Below are positions 12,901-25,400 of a DNA stretch of 50,980 nucleotides, one piece after another; the stretch's first letter is position 1; each line of letters opens with the position of its first letter. Location of the stretch: the NCBI GenBank assembly GCA_000934665.2, contig JYFJ02000721.1, positions 62,001 through 112,980 on the forward strand. The letters are read 5' to 3'. The stretch comes from Catajapyx aquilonaris. Lineage: Eukaryota. The notes under the pieces were generated by a model. That model saw nothing but the letters and a program-made list of their open reading frames with translations, did not search any database and was not told where the DNA came from. Made by a program: the position numbers and the translations under genes.

Positions 12901-15900
12901 AGATCCTACGGTGGCCTCATTTTTTTCCTTATCTTATTCGCCTTCTCCCTTCAAGACATCAGTCAAATGCCAAATTAATTTTAGAAATCAGATTGACCTT
13001 GGTTCTGGTGCATTCAAGCCTTGTTTACCACTGGACCACTGGTCCGTAATAATTCCGACGAGATTGGCCCGACTTCTTCGGGAGAAATTATTTCCTTCAA
13101 ATCACGCGGCTGTCACAGAAAGAGTCAATAAAGGCGGTGCTCGCAACTCGAATTCTTATGGTATATAGTTCGAAGAGCATTCAAGGATCCAGATTATTAC
13201 GATGGCTAAAAGTCTGACAAGTACGCGTATTAATATTTTTTTTTGGAAACCTATTGAACAATAGTTGATAGTAATTCAGGTCGCTGCAGCATGATTGTTT
13301 TTTTTAAGTGTACTCTATAGCTGCACACATTTTGTCAGTAATATTTGCCGAGCATTTATATAATAGAGTTTAGTCCCAGTAATTCCACATTTTCAGCAAA
13401 CGACAGGTCTGGCAATGTGTATACAGTACAAGAGTATAGTGGTAGGGCAATATTGCCTTTTCTGCTTGACTGCAACCGAAATAGCCGGCCTCGAAAGGAA
13501 AACGGTCCTAACATTGTGTAGAGAGCGAAATGACCTGTGATGTCGTTAAACATGATATACAGAATTCCAAGTCTCACAACAGCAGGTGACGTTATTCTTT
13601 ATTTAATCAGAAATCATCAAACTTGACTAATAATATTATTATAATATTATTATTATTCAGAGCGTTGCAGCATTGCATAATTTGCTCCATGGATGAGTTA
13701 ATGACTAAAATTATTATTGTTGCGGAGTACAAAAGTGAGGACTATGCAGCTATATAGCAGACCACAAAGACATTGCCAACTGCTAGTGTTCGCATATAGC
13801 AAAACAATAGTGCTATGGGGCCCTTACCTGTTCAGCACTGCTGGTATGAAACATAAATGCGGTTTTAATAATGGCTGTATGTATATAAAGCGGAGAGATT
13901 GCTGAAAAAGTGGCATGCGAAAAGCAAATACTCTGCAGGCTCAGTTAATTATACGACACATGGACAATTCATGTTATACAATGCCAATGTAATATTGTCG
14001 ATTACGTGTTATGTATTAAAAAAATTATTACCGGTATGTAATTTATATGAAATCCTGGCTACCAAATGCTACCAAAGGAACCTTCGCTTATACACATTAC
14101 TGTTGCAATTATAATATGGTTTTAACTTTTGACGCTGAGAATAAACATGCACTTTTTATGAAATAATAAATCTGACTAATAAATTCCGTTGCAACATGTG
14201 ATCATGTGAACCTGTGAGTAAATGTAAAACCTGCATCGATTAACATCACTGCGACATTAAATCACACGAATAAATGCATTACACGGACGCGACGATTTTT
14301 TTCCCCCGCCTCGTGCTGTGCAGTGTAATTTATGTAAATTATCCGTGTGAGTGTTCTTTGTTGTCAAGTGTTGAAAGGTTACATAGTTATAATTCTGTGT
14401 AATTGCTGATGCTCCTCAAATGGAATAATTTTAGTTCAACGTTGTTTCGTTTTACAGTGCTCTTGTTTAGCGGGAGGTTTGGATGAAGCTGTGTGATAAT
14501 ACCTTATTTAAACATTTGTATTAGTGAACTTCTTTTATATAATGAGCAGTATAGTTACAGAAAAATAAATTCTGCTTAGTTTCCTAACCATTGTGTGTTT
14601 TTCTCAAATTTCATTGCTCGTAATGGTGCCGGCTGATTGTAGGAACTTTTGCTATATTTCAACTCGTTATTTCAACTGACAATGAGGGAAAATGTTTCAT
14701 GCCTTTGCTTCATGTACTTTTCTTTGATGATAATTAATTATTTGCTTATTGTGATAACAGTTTCAGTATGAACAAGATTACACCCACGTTAACTTCTCCA
14801 TTCCTGCAGTGTGTAGGTGGCAGGATCGATTTCATCGTTTCTGAACAAAATTAATGTGAAAATGTGTGGGTGAGGTTAGGAGGCCATTGTACCGTAAGAA
14901 GAGATATTGCTTGCAATTTATTAGATGAATCCATTTTAGTTCCAATTATGAACAAGCAAAAATTCCAACATCCAAATTATGTACTCTCCTATAATTACAG
15001 TGACATTTACATTTGAAATATAATATTTGCTAATATTTAATTAATTTCCAAAATAGATTAATTACATTTACTGTACATTATAGCTAGAGCTACTTTCCCA
15101 ATAATCGCTGCACACAATAGGTCACAAATTAACATTATGTTAACAGATTAATTTATTACCGTTTAGGAAGTTTGCGCAAGTTAAATCCCGTTTCATTAGT
15201 TTCAAAACCGCTTGTATTTCAAAATTACAGGCATGTTTATTCATGATTAAGTTTTATTTCAACTAGGAAGTGGAACATTCGCCTGATTATATAGTGAGCA
15301 CTATTTCCACCAGCAAGGTTCGATCAACAAAATGTAATTACCTGCAGTTGTAATTAATTGTATGGGCTTCCATGTGTCACGCTCATCTGCATTAACAAGA
15401 TTGTTATTAGTAGCTCCAAATTAATTTGCTGGACTATCGGTCAGTAAGACTCGGCAAGGTTGAAAATAATATTACTGTATAATTATGTGTTAGGCTATAC
15501 ACTTGAAATAATACGAAATAGTAAGCAACTATTATTTTCCTACCATTATTATTGAAATCTGTCTATAGTTCATGAACTATGTTTATTCACACATCTTAGC
15601 CTATACAGCTTCTATTTCTGGAAGGTAAACATTTTGGTGTGGCTTCTGGCCCCGACTTAGATTGACATCAGTTGACGCACGTTTCTGATCTCTATAGAAA
15701 TTCTTGTCACCTACACATGACCCAAACATGCAAACTGTTGATCAGAATTGGTCCCAATTTGAGCAGAACTCGCCATAATCATGAGTAATGATGATCAACT
15801 GTCTTTCACGCCGCCATAAAAGTGTCATGTTCACAATTTCTCTTCGTGACAGGGTCACAGACACGACCTAATTAGCCACGATGTGAATTATGTGGATGAC

Positions 15901-18631
15901 AAAACGGGTGGGTTTAACTGACCCCCAAAAACCATCTGGTTGCACCAAAGTCAAAGCTTAATCCGTGGGTTGAACATCTCTCACAAGAAAAGGCCATCAT
16001 CCCATAAGACGTGCCCATAAATCCTGTGAGGTCAAACAGAACTTTGACCCTATGAGCAACAAACCTTTGACCTAAGAACACTGTTGTGGACTCATTAGTA
16101 AGGAGTTTAATCCACACGTTAAATTTAAAAAAAAAACACGGTTGTAATAAAATCTTAGGAGCAGCCTCCTTAGTTAATTGGCTGACTCGCAAAATCCCTC
16201 AGACTTTATAAAAAGATGAAAAAGTTTCCCTGCCGAGATTAAAGAGCCTTGATGAATGATACCGGGTGCGCAGCCTCACCGGAAACCAGAATTAAGATCC
16301 ACCTGTGTGCTTTGCAGCCGAATCCAATTTTACAACCAGACTTTTTGTTTGAAACTTGCCGCGCCTCAGCTGTTAAAAAAGCTTAAAAAAAAGAGTACAC
16401 AGGTGGAAATAAATTATGGTCTCGGCATCATTTAAAGAGTAATCTCGCGGTGGAAGTTTGAGAAAAAGAAGAAAAAAAAATGTCAGAGGACAAAAACCAG
16501 TTTTATGAAGGTAATAATACTGAATAGATGGAGAGGGTAAGGCAGGTCATAAATTATTGCAAGGCCTGGGGTCTCCATGGAGAGCCAAAAATGGAAGGTT
16601 TTTCCACAGCAAAGTAGCTTTTATTATTATTTTTCCTCCCAGTCTGTTTGTTTTCAATATTCTGAAGTGTGGCCATTTTAATTTGGTTATGTATCGAAAT
16701 ATTTTTGCCATCAGAAGTAGCCACTTGAAGCTTCCATGTGCAACAGGTGCAATGTTCGATCGTTGGAAAGCAACGTCATTATAAAGGACGTGTTTTTTTT
16801 CAAAGATCTGCCCTTTTTTGCTAGGCTTTTGCGCACCTGTGCAAAATCCCTTGACTTATGTGCTGTGTGCAAATCTTCTTAGCAGTTGCTATGCATGAAT
16901 TTCCTTTTTTTTTATTTAATTTAGAACAGGATCCTGGAGGGTTGAGCAAATATATACAGTGCAAAAAGGCATCGCTTTTCAACCGGATGACACGAAGACT
17001 TGTCATGCGTCACCAAGGCTCGTCGACATGTGATCTGGTGTTGTTAAAATGAAAGGCGAATCTATTTCATTCCGAATTATCTCCATTTTGAGCTCGGTTT
17101 ACTTCAGCTGTTAAGGAGATTGGAGCAAGCAGAAACGAGGAGGTAATCATTCGAAGGAGAAATTTGGGTTGATAATATTATTCTGATGAGAATGTACCGA
17201 AATATTATGTTTAAGTTATGTTAAGGTCCATTGGTGAGGATTTCACTCTCATCAGTTTTCCAAACAGCTCTAGGGTCATAGTGTGCAATGATGCGAAATT
17301 TTAATTATGATAACATACTGTATACTATACGCGTATATACTGAATCCCTTGGGTGTAGCAATTTTTGCTTAAAATGCTTCGTTCAACAACCTATTCATGA
17401 TAACAAAAATGTGCTAATCAGGTATACTGAAACAGTGCAAATTTTAGCAAAAAAAAAGAACATACAAGTAAAAAAATATGTGGCGCAAATGTCAGCATAA
17501 GGGCATATCTGAAAATTGAATTAAAAATTTATTTTAACGAATTTGACGAACTGATTGCTTATTTAAAGAGTTTGTACGCCATCGATTTTTCTGAAAATAT
17601 TCTACACAATAAATACTGCCTTTTACTTTCTCTGACGTCAGCCAGAGGTGCGAATAAAATGATGAAAGCTTACAGCAACATGCAGTAGTTGTGTAGAAGT
17701 TGTTTTTGAAGGTTGTTTATGATTACAAACAGTTTTGTGTATACCCTTTTTGCGTTGTGTAACCACAAGCACAGTTCTGTTCATTGCATCTGTGGATGGA
17801 AGCCGAGAATTCTTTTTTTCTGGCAGGCAGCATTAAAGCTGCGTAAAATTTTGAGTAGTGCACTTGCAAAATCCATTTCAAATATTTTGCGTTGGAGAAT
17901 GAGGGAGGTATTTAAAATAATAATTCATATTTCTGGCCGAATTTACTAATGGAAGGATTGTTACTGAATTATTGCTTTCTACAGGGTGATGCAGTAATTA
18001 GCTCGCCAATAGAAGAATGCAATTATGAAAAATTATATTGAGGACTCATTTTAGTGTAATATTGCAGCAAAAATTATTATCGATAACAATCTGATAAATA
18101 GTGTATCTTATTGTATATCCATTGTGACAGTGTAATCTCCAGATTTTGCTCAAGATGTAAATAAAAATCGGCAAACTGACAAGGTTTTTGACCTACTGGT
18201 TGCCGTGAGAGTAATTATTATTGGTCTTGCTATATAACTGAAGAATAGTTGTTGGACACTTTTCATATTTTATCTGCTGGAGTGGAACTCATCTTCGGAT
18301 GAGATATACACACACTCCAAACCTGCACACATGAGCAGGTTTTAAATTAAAAATCAACAACCGATGGCCTACGATATTGACCTTCGTCCATTGCATCCGC
18401 CCAAGTATGGCAAAAAAATTTTATGAATGTTGAGAAAATAAGCGAGGTGAAGCTGTTATTAGATAATATATTGGTGAGGTGAGTTTAAAAAAAGGTTTTG
18501 TGGAAAAGAGAGGAAATAGGAAAGGTATTTTACTCCATATTATTTTTACTTATTATTATCCAGCCCTCTTGTTCGGAAGGATTATGTTTGTTGCAGATTA
18601 TATTTCTACCACATACAGCATTCCGTTACCG

Positions 18632-18684
18632 TATTCTTGCTGGAGACGGAATAAGGGGCCCTTATTCCGTCTCCAGCAAGAATA
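18632..18684. repeat. 53-bp palindrome (26-bp perfect arms, 1-nt spacer)
   Basis: tattcttgctggagacggaataaggg-g-cccttattccgtctccagcaagaata. Confidence 0.95.
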
Positions 18685-19446
18685 TTGCTAAACCTTCTGC
18701 GCAGTTGGTTATTCTCCGAGACACACTTGATTCACCGAACCTCATGGAAACTCACTGCCCACACTTTGATGTACCAGGATGATCAACTTTTCTTCTTCTT
18801 CCGGGAAAATGAGTCCAAATACTGTATCATTATCCCTATATTGTTGTTTCCAAAAATTCAGAAGCAAAATTCCGGTGAAGAGATGTGTATTGTCATGCTG
18901 GAAATAAAAAACGTAATTTTGTCTGGATTAATTGCATGATAACAAGTAAATTAACTTTTATCCTAGGGAAATGCGTCCAATATTATCGAATATGCAACCA
19001 GTTCAACGTGCCTAGTACTGTATACATTATATACGAAGCAGTGAATTGCATATGCAAATCTGCCTTCGCCAAAATATATACTGTAACTCCATTAATCCAT
19101 AGCTGATTGCAAGAACACTGGCTGGGTCAGCTCAGCGCAGGTTAAGCATGCAAAAATCATGAGTGGCACGTTGTCAGAAAAAGGATCATAAGTGGTATCA
19201 GCCGACTACAGGAAAATGCGCCTTAGGCTACGTCTATCATACTGGAAAGTTCTCTCAGTGATGATGAGCGAACTTTCAAGATAATATTGCATATCCGAGA
19301 AATATACATGGATAATGTTAATAACACAATTAATTTTTATTTCAATTAACACAGCACACGTTTTCACACATGTCAAATCATCCTCAGATTAAGGGAATAG
19401 GGAATCTGTCAATGAAAACACAGACACCCTTTGGTTTTGATGGTAT

Positions 19447-19890
19447 TCACATGATAGGAGTAGTCAGTAAGAGTATTAGTTCCCGGAAGAAATAGAGCAG
19501 GATCATTGTGGGAAGAAATAGAATGACGTGGCTCATGGGAAGGACGGACTTCAGGATGACCCAGATGTGGCACGCCACTAGCCAATATAAGAATTTGACC
19601 AATCGTCCATTTCCAAACGTCCGGATCCATCTTTCTAATTCATCAGTAAAGCCTGACAGCCAGGGTGGCAACATGGTGAAACGAATGTGTCGGATTCCGA
19701 ATGCAGGTAGGATATGTGGAGCTATCCAGACATCGAAGAAAACTATGGCCCATACGGTCCCCAGCCAGATGAATAGGGTTGACCAGACACGTACCAGGAA
19801 GTTGACAATGTAAAGAGGTATCCAGGAAGACTCTGATGCCCAGTGGTCCTCGCAATATTTCTCCTGGAATGATGTCCAAAGGGTGCCCAT
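19447..19890 (-). CDS. Putative 147-aa hydrophobic, Trp-rich membrane protein of unknown family
   Basis: Good Kozak context (AttATGG). A strong acceptor ttttttttattccag lies 37 nt upstream (19928-19930), and AATAAA at 19341-19336 follows the stop. Two long hydrophobic stretches (about aa 23-66 and 97-147); GC higher than the flanks. Confidence 0.55.
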   Translation of the reverse strand: MGTLWTSFQEKYCEDHWASESSWIPLYIVNFLVRVWSTLFIWLGTVWAIVFFDVWIAPHILPAFGIRHIRFTMLPPWLSGFTDELERWIRTFGNGRLVKFLYWLVACHIWVILKSVLPMSHVILFLPTMILLYFFRELILLLTTPIM

Positions 19891-20680
19891 AATCCTCGCC
19901 AGAACCGATTTTTCCTGCAGAAATCTGCTGGAATAAAAAAAAAAGATTCGGAGATTCAGTCACTCTAACGATAACCGGAAATTTTGACTGCAAATTTTTT
20001 TTGAAATTTTTTGCAAATAACCAGAGTGTTGATTTATGGTTTCCAGAGTTACGTTTAGATAATTTGTCAAATTGTTGTGATGCTTTCTCAGGCTACGTGT
20101 GCAAAAAGCAAATGACAGATCATAACGACATTGATGCGATTACGAACATTTTTATTTTCTACATAACATTTTGCGAGATTGGATTTGATTTTGATGATAT
20201 TCACATGAGAGTAAGTCACGGTATGATGAGACTCCAGATGATGAGAGGAACAAGCTCACCAAAATGGAAGCCCATTTATAGCTTTAAACTTGACCGACTT
20301 TAAGACTGGAATTCATCTAATCCCATCAGGACTATAGCACATGCATACTGTACAGTACACTCGAATAAAATATCACACTTTGAGGAAATATTGCTGGCTG
20401 CTGCCGTCATCCGCGGGACGCAATCTCGCAGGAGGTTTCTAACAAGCAATCACTATAGCAGGTTTGCTCACCTGCCAAGATAACATCGCACACAGTGAGG
20501 GAAATAAATTATATTTAATTTGATATCTGACTTGATAAGACGTTTCAGTTCAAGGCCTTGGCACCCTTGGCCATTACGGGACGGAAATGACGACGATCAG
20601 TAATATATATCAAAATAATATAGATTCACGTCAACGAGTGTGAACGTAGTACCACGTGGCTCACATAGATGGCGCATCAT

Positions 20681-20973
20681 CGCTCTGTAAAAATTTGAGT
20701 AATTTTTTCACTCAACCTCTATTGATTCCCACTCTTTTTGAGCTAAATGTTTTCACTCAAACTGAGTGATCATTTCACTCAAAATTTAGTGAAATGGGTT
20801 TAACTCACTGAAAGAGTAGTTTCCCGCTCTTTTTTTCTCTTTTTCTTTCGAGTAATATTTTCGACTCGATTTAAATTGAAGTTAATCGTTGCGGAGTGAA
20901 ATTCACTCAAAATTAGCATATTTCGAAATTGCTATTTTTTGAGTGAAATTTTCACTGTAACATTTTCAGAGAG
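20681..20973 (+). mobile_element. Non-autonomous DNA transposon (MITE), CACTA/EnSpm-like, copy A
   Basis: Degenerate termini cgctctgtaaaaattt and cattttcagagag, with many internal gagtgaaa/tttcactc motifs. Shares blocks (actcactgaaaga, ttctttcgagtaatatt, gaaattcactcaaaa) with the reverse complement of 30384-30771. Confidence 0.75.
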
Positions 20974-21025
20974 TAGGCCTACAGTATATACTCATGACTC
21001 ACCGAGGATAAAGACAGGCACTTAC

Positions 21026-21088
21026 CAATCCGATTTTAGATAAGATATTCCCAGGAGATAGCTGAGTTTTTTTGCATCTTATGAAGTC
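21026..21088 (-). other. Putative 63-nt 5' exon of the 147-aa membrane-protein gene
   Basis: Acceptor taactttcag| at 21091-21089 and donor TTG|GTAAGT at 21025. Contains a short upstream ORF, MQKNSAISWEYLI*. Confidence 0.45.
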
Positions 21089-22365
21089 CTGAAAGTTAAA
21101 CTTAATTATTGCTACACTTTAATACCTGGTTGCTATGCCTGATGTACATTTAGTTCTCTGCTGTGTAACAAGCTTGTAAATTTTGCACTGATACATGTGG
21201 ATTTATAGAGGGGGAATGTGGTATAGGCGGGCATGTGGAGTTTGATTGAAGCACGGTTTTTGGAAGCCTACTCAGAGGCTTTCCCATCATGTTGAGGAGT
21301 CAACAGCCGTGAAATAGGACACCGGATTCCGACTCTCGGTTGACATCAAGGAGTGAGGAACACGTCAGACACGCCTTACTCAGGGAAAACTGAGAACATT
21401 CGTGGTCTCTGGAGAAGCCCCAAATATACTTGGGAGGGGGGGGGGGGTGATCAGGTAGCTGGAGGGAGAAAAGAAGAATAAGAATAAGAAAAAAAAAATC
21501 AAGTGCTCCACCCATTTTATTTGAGGCTTATCGGGTTGACAGCAGGCGTCTCTCAAAAGGACTTTTTGAGATGTGTTCAATCTGACTTGCCCAGTATTGT
21601 ACTGGGTGAGATTATTTATTTTTAAATCCCTCTTCTATATATTACTTGTGTGACCTTTATTGGGTCAGAAAGTTCTGCGAACTCTAGCCTCCGAGTGTGA
21701 CGTACCATATACGATTTACATGTATTTCCATCTCATTTTCATGACTAATTGCTCAATAAACTAGGGAAAATGTTTTATTATGATAATAAGAACAGAATAT
21801 TAAATTCTGAAATAATAGAGTGTGCTAAATGAAAATAACGTTATAACAACACAAAATAATCAAAATTCATTTAAATGATTGCAACAGCAATACGAAAAAA
21901 TAAATATTAATAACTATGTGAAGAATTATTACAGTATTAGTAATGTATACAGTATGGTACGGGTCGTTGGCATTGTAATTATCTGTTCTGTAAGGTTTAA
22001 GTTCATGTGATTTTAAGCAGGTTATTGCTCGCATTAAGTGAGATTTTGAAAATGTTGGGCCATTCCTCGAGGGATATATTTAAGGCACTTTTTTTTCTTT
22101 CTAAATTATGCATGTATGATGATGACACTCTTTGATAGCTGCATAGTCCCTCAGAGTTGCCTGAATTATGTAGTATATTGTGTGGTATTTTTTTGAAACG
22201 TGAATATGAAACAGGAAGTGTTTTTATAGCACTTCAGGTTACATAATGGATGATATAATATTTTTAATGCAGGTAGATATCCTACGATGTTTAAGAAATG
22301 CTTGCATGTATAACACTGCGGTTAACTTTGGTCGATTTATCACTCTTGGTTATTGCCTACTTTAC

Positions 22366-22428
22366 CTTGAAAGCTGTGCGTTCAACTAATAGTATAATAG
22401 TCACCAGCTGATCCGTCGTTTATTTATA
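22366..22428 (-). promoter_or_regulatory. Putative TATA promoter and short first exon for the 147-aa gene
   Basis: TATAAATA at 22428-22421, E-boxes (CACCTG, CAGCTG) nearby, and donor AAG|GTAAAG at 22365, about 33 nt after the expected TSS. Confidence 0.35.
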
Positions 22429-25400
22429 CAGTCAGGTGTCAATCCACAGCACAAGGTGCGACATTATCCAAATTGAAAATTGCATCAATTTCTCACCCAA
22501 TTTGAAGATGCGCCTTGCACAAAACCCATCCGCGTGTTGTAATCACACTGATGATTCGCGAGGGGGTGTCCCTCTTCGCGAAACGACGGCTAAAATTTTA
22601 GAAAAGCAGCGTAAAGTTAGTGGGCGGATGATTCCGCTAATAGCAGGCCTAAATGGCCCGAAGACAGTGTGAGAGATGACGTAGCAATCCATCACTGGCA
22701 CAAGACTCTCTCCTTTCATCCATCATCACTTTGGAAATTGCCTGAAGACCTATCCCACTATATACACACACTTCCGAGACACGTGTCTTTATATGTCCCA
22801 CTTTCTGTATTTTAATAAAAAATGACTTCATTGTTAACACATTAAATTCAAGCATGTCCGTTCAAAACTTAAGTAATCAATCATACCAGAGCTAAATACT
22901 GAAATATTCAACGATTTTTGGCAGCACATTATTTTTCTTTAGTTCAGACAAGAGAAATTAGCAGCGTTTGACTTTAAAATAATGTAGTCGAGACGATCGG
23001 TAAACAGAATGATATTTTTTTTCGACCAGTGGTTTTTTTATAGCACATGATGTTGACGAGAAACTTGTTTGCCGATATCCCCCCCGCCACGCTGCAGTCT
23101 TCCTCTGAGGGTTTCAGTTCGATATGATTGCGAGGACGTAAAATTGAAAAGAATGGTTCTTCGTCGGTCTGGTGTCTGTTGTGTGCCGTTCAAAAAAATT
23201 AATAAGCAAGAAAAAAAAGTCGAGACCAAGTGCAAAGAGTGTGATATAACGTGGTGATAGGCCTGGTTTCATTTTCGGGAGACATCAAACTTGACTGCAT
23301 GTGACGCAGTAACGTGACCTAGACCTATGAAAGAAAATAGTGTACAAAACTCTCTGTAAAATAATAATATCCATGGTGGTGGGGTTGCTCAAGTTGTTGT
23401 AAAATGCTGCATTAAATTTGTTTCAGGTTATTGCAGTAATTTCATGCAAGTACAGTAGGAGGAGCAAAAAAGCATTTTAACACTGCTCCAGTAAGTACAC
23501 TTTAGTCTAATTAAACACTATTGTTACGAATCGTTTAACCGAAAGGATCATGCGGTGTATACTTTACAGTGGTTATACTTGCCTAATGTATACAAGACAC
23601 GTGTAATGTATGAAAACATTGCGAGTTTGCACTGCTAATCATGATACTAGTTGTAGGTATATTTGTTTCTAACAATTAATGCGAAATTAATTAATGTATA
23701 GGTCTAGGTCACTTTAAAAATTGAAACAGCTCAGCATTAACTACATATTGGAAAGGTTTTGGTGAAATTTTTTGCACCTCTTTGTTGTAACGAGAGCGCA
23801 ATTTATTAAATGGTCCTTTCAAATAATACTCATTCCAAAAGTAAGCACCATTTAGCGGCGTACTTTTTTTGGGTCAAAATATCCTTTAAAAATTATCATA
23901 GCCACATGACCGATCATTAAACGTAGTCTACATACTCTTGTTATGCGGTAATGTTTGTGAATACACAGTTAAAATGAATTTTAAATTTTTGCGGCATATT
24001 GGTTACCGGTTTAACATGTATGTTATCTACTGTATATGAAAACGAGCAGCCATTGGCACTTCTCTGTATAAATACATATGCAAAATGTCGCACACTTTGT
24101 ATACTGTTACTATATTCATTACGCTTGAGTGGGAAAGAAGTATACCTTGCCGTTGTTTTAATGCTGTACTGTCTTACGAAATAAATACACTGTACGCACT
24201 GTAATTTAACACATAAGTAAATAAGGTGACCTTCTGTGCCTCACGCTGTTGGTGCAAGGAAGTATGTGCATCAACATTTTGCTTACAATAATACATTACT
24301 GCACGTAATTACGATGCGGTATATACTGTACGAATTTGTATAACCGCCAGATAATTTGTATAATAGTATCCAAAATTTCGCAAACATTTTCCGGTTGTCA
24401 GACAGAATAAATCGCATGTAATAGTAATAGTTGTATACTCAACCTATGCAAATAACCGCATGGCACTGAGCATTCGGCGACTGCTGCGGAATTTATTCGC
24501 TAAAAACGGATCGAAACATATGTCAAACGCAATCTTGCCCTCTGTCAATTTGGATCCAGCTGAAAATTATATATATTCCAGAATGTACTAGCTTATAGTC
24601 CAAAGCCCGGATGCAAATCCAACGTTTGTTACGTCGAATTTGTCACCAGAATTGCGCGAAAATGTCACCATATGTCGCTCATTGCGGAAGGAAAAAAAAG
24701 ACCCACGCAAAAAAATTGCACCACGTCGCTTCGCCTTTATAAGGATAGAAGCTTAAAAAATTGATAGGCCTATACGTGTTGTTTCAAATATAGTGCGTCC
24801 CACATGACGGTCCGGATTTTTGGAGTCTTGGATTTATATCCTGAGGCGACCAATCAAGTCTGCTGCCATGCATAAGAAATATGAGAGCTGTTTTTCTTTA
24901 ATTTCTGCCTGCCAGTCTTTGGCGTTGCAAAAATTATAGTAGGAAAAAAGACGTCACTGAGCTTTCTCTCTTACTTATACCCCCAGATTTTCCTTCCTGT
25001 AAATCCTGTGCTTATGAAAATAGTGTGATTTTTAATTAATTATGAAAGTGATATTCTCGTCGGTGATCTAAGAAAGAAACATGATGAGATCAAAGTTGCT
25101 CCCATTATTGATCTCAGATTATATGAGATGATTTGATCAATAACGGGTTTGTTTCACGCCCAAGGTATAATTAGGGTCTTTCCTGCTTCATTTAGCTGTA
25201 GGTTAGTGTTACAGTATATAGGCTTACCTTGGATGATGCTTTTAATATCTAACAATAAAGTGGGAACCGTGCACTTCATAACAGTTATTGTTATATATGT
25301 TTTAATCTAATTAGAAAGTTCAATTACCCTTTTCCAGCATTTTGCAACTTGTGCTTAGTTATTTTAGCTAGCCTATAAAACAATATTTAAAAGCTGACAT

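Noticed and set aside
18779..18807. 12-nt inverted match (ttcttccgggaa) to the end of the 147-aa ORF, suggesting a paralogue
   Set aside because: Similarity does not extend convincingly and is compatible with chance.
19508..19993. Overlapping 101-aa (+), 73-aa (-) and 116-aa (-) ORFs
   Set aside because: Best explained as shadow frames of the 147-aa ORF, which has the better start context and a coherent hydrophobic pattern.
25085..25117. tgagatcaa...ttgatctca mini-hairpin with a bantam-like seed
   Set aside because: The 9-bp stem is too short for a pre-miRNA, and the rest does not match bantam. No conserved miRNA was recognised anywhere in the window.
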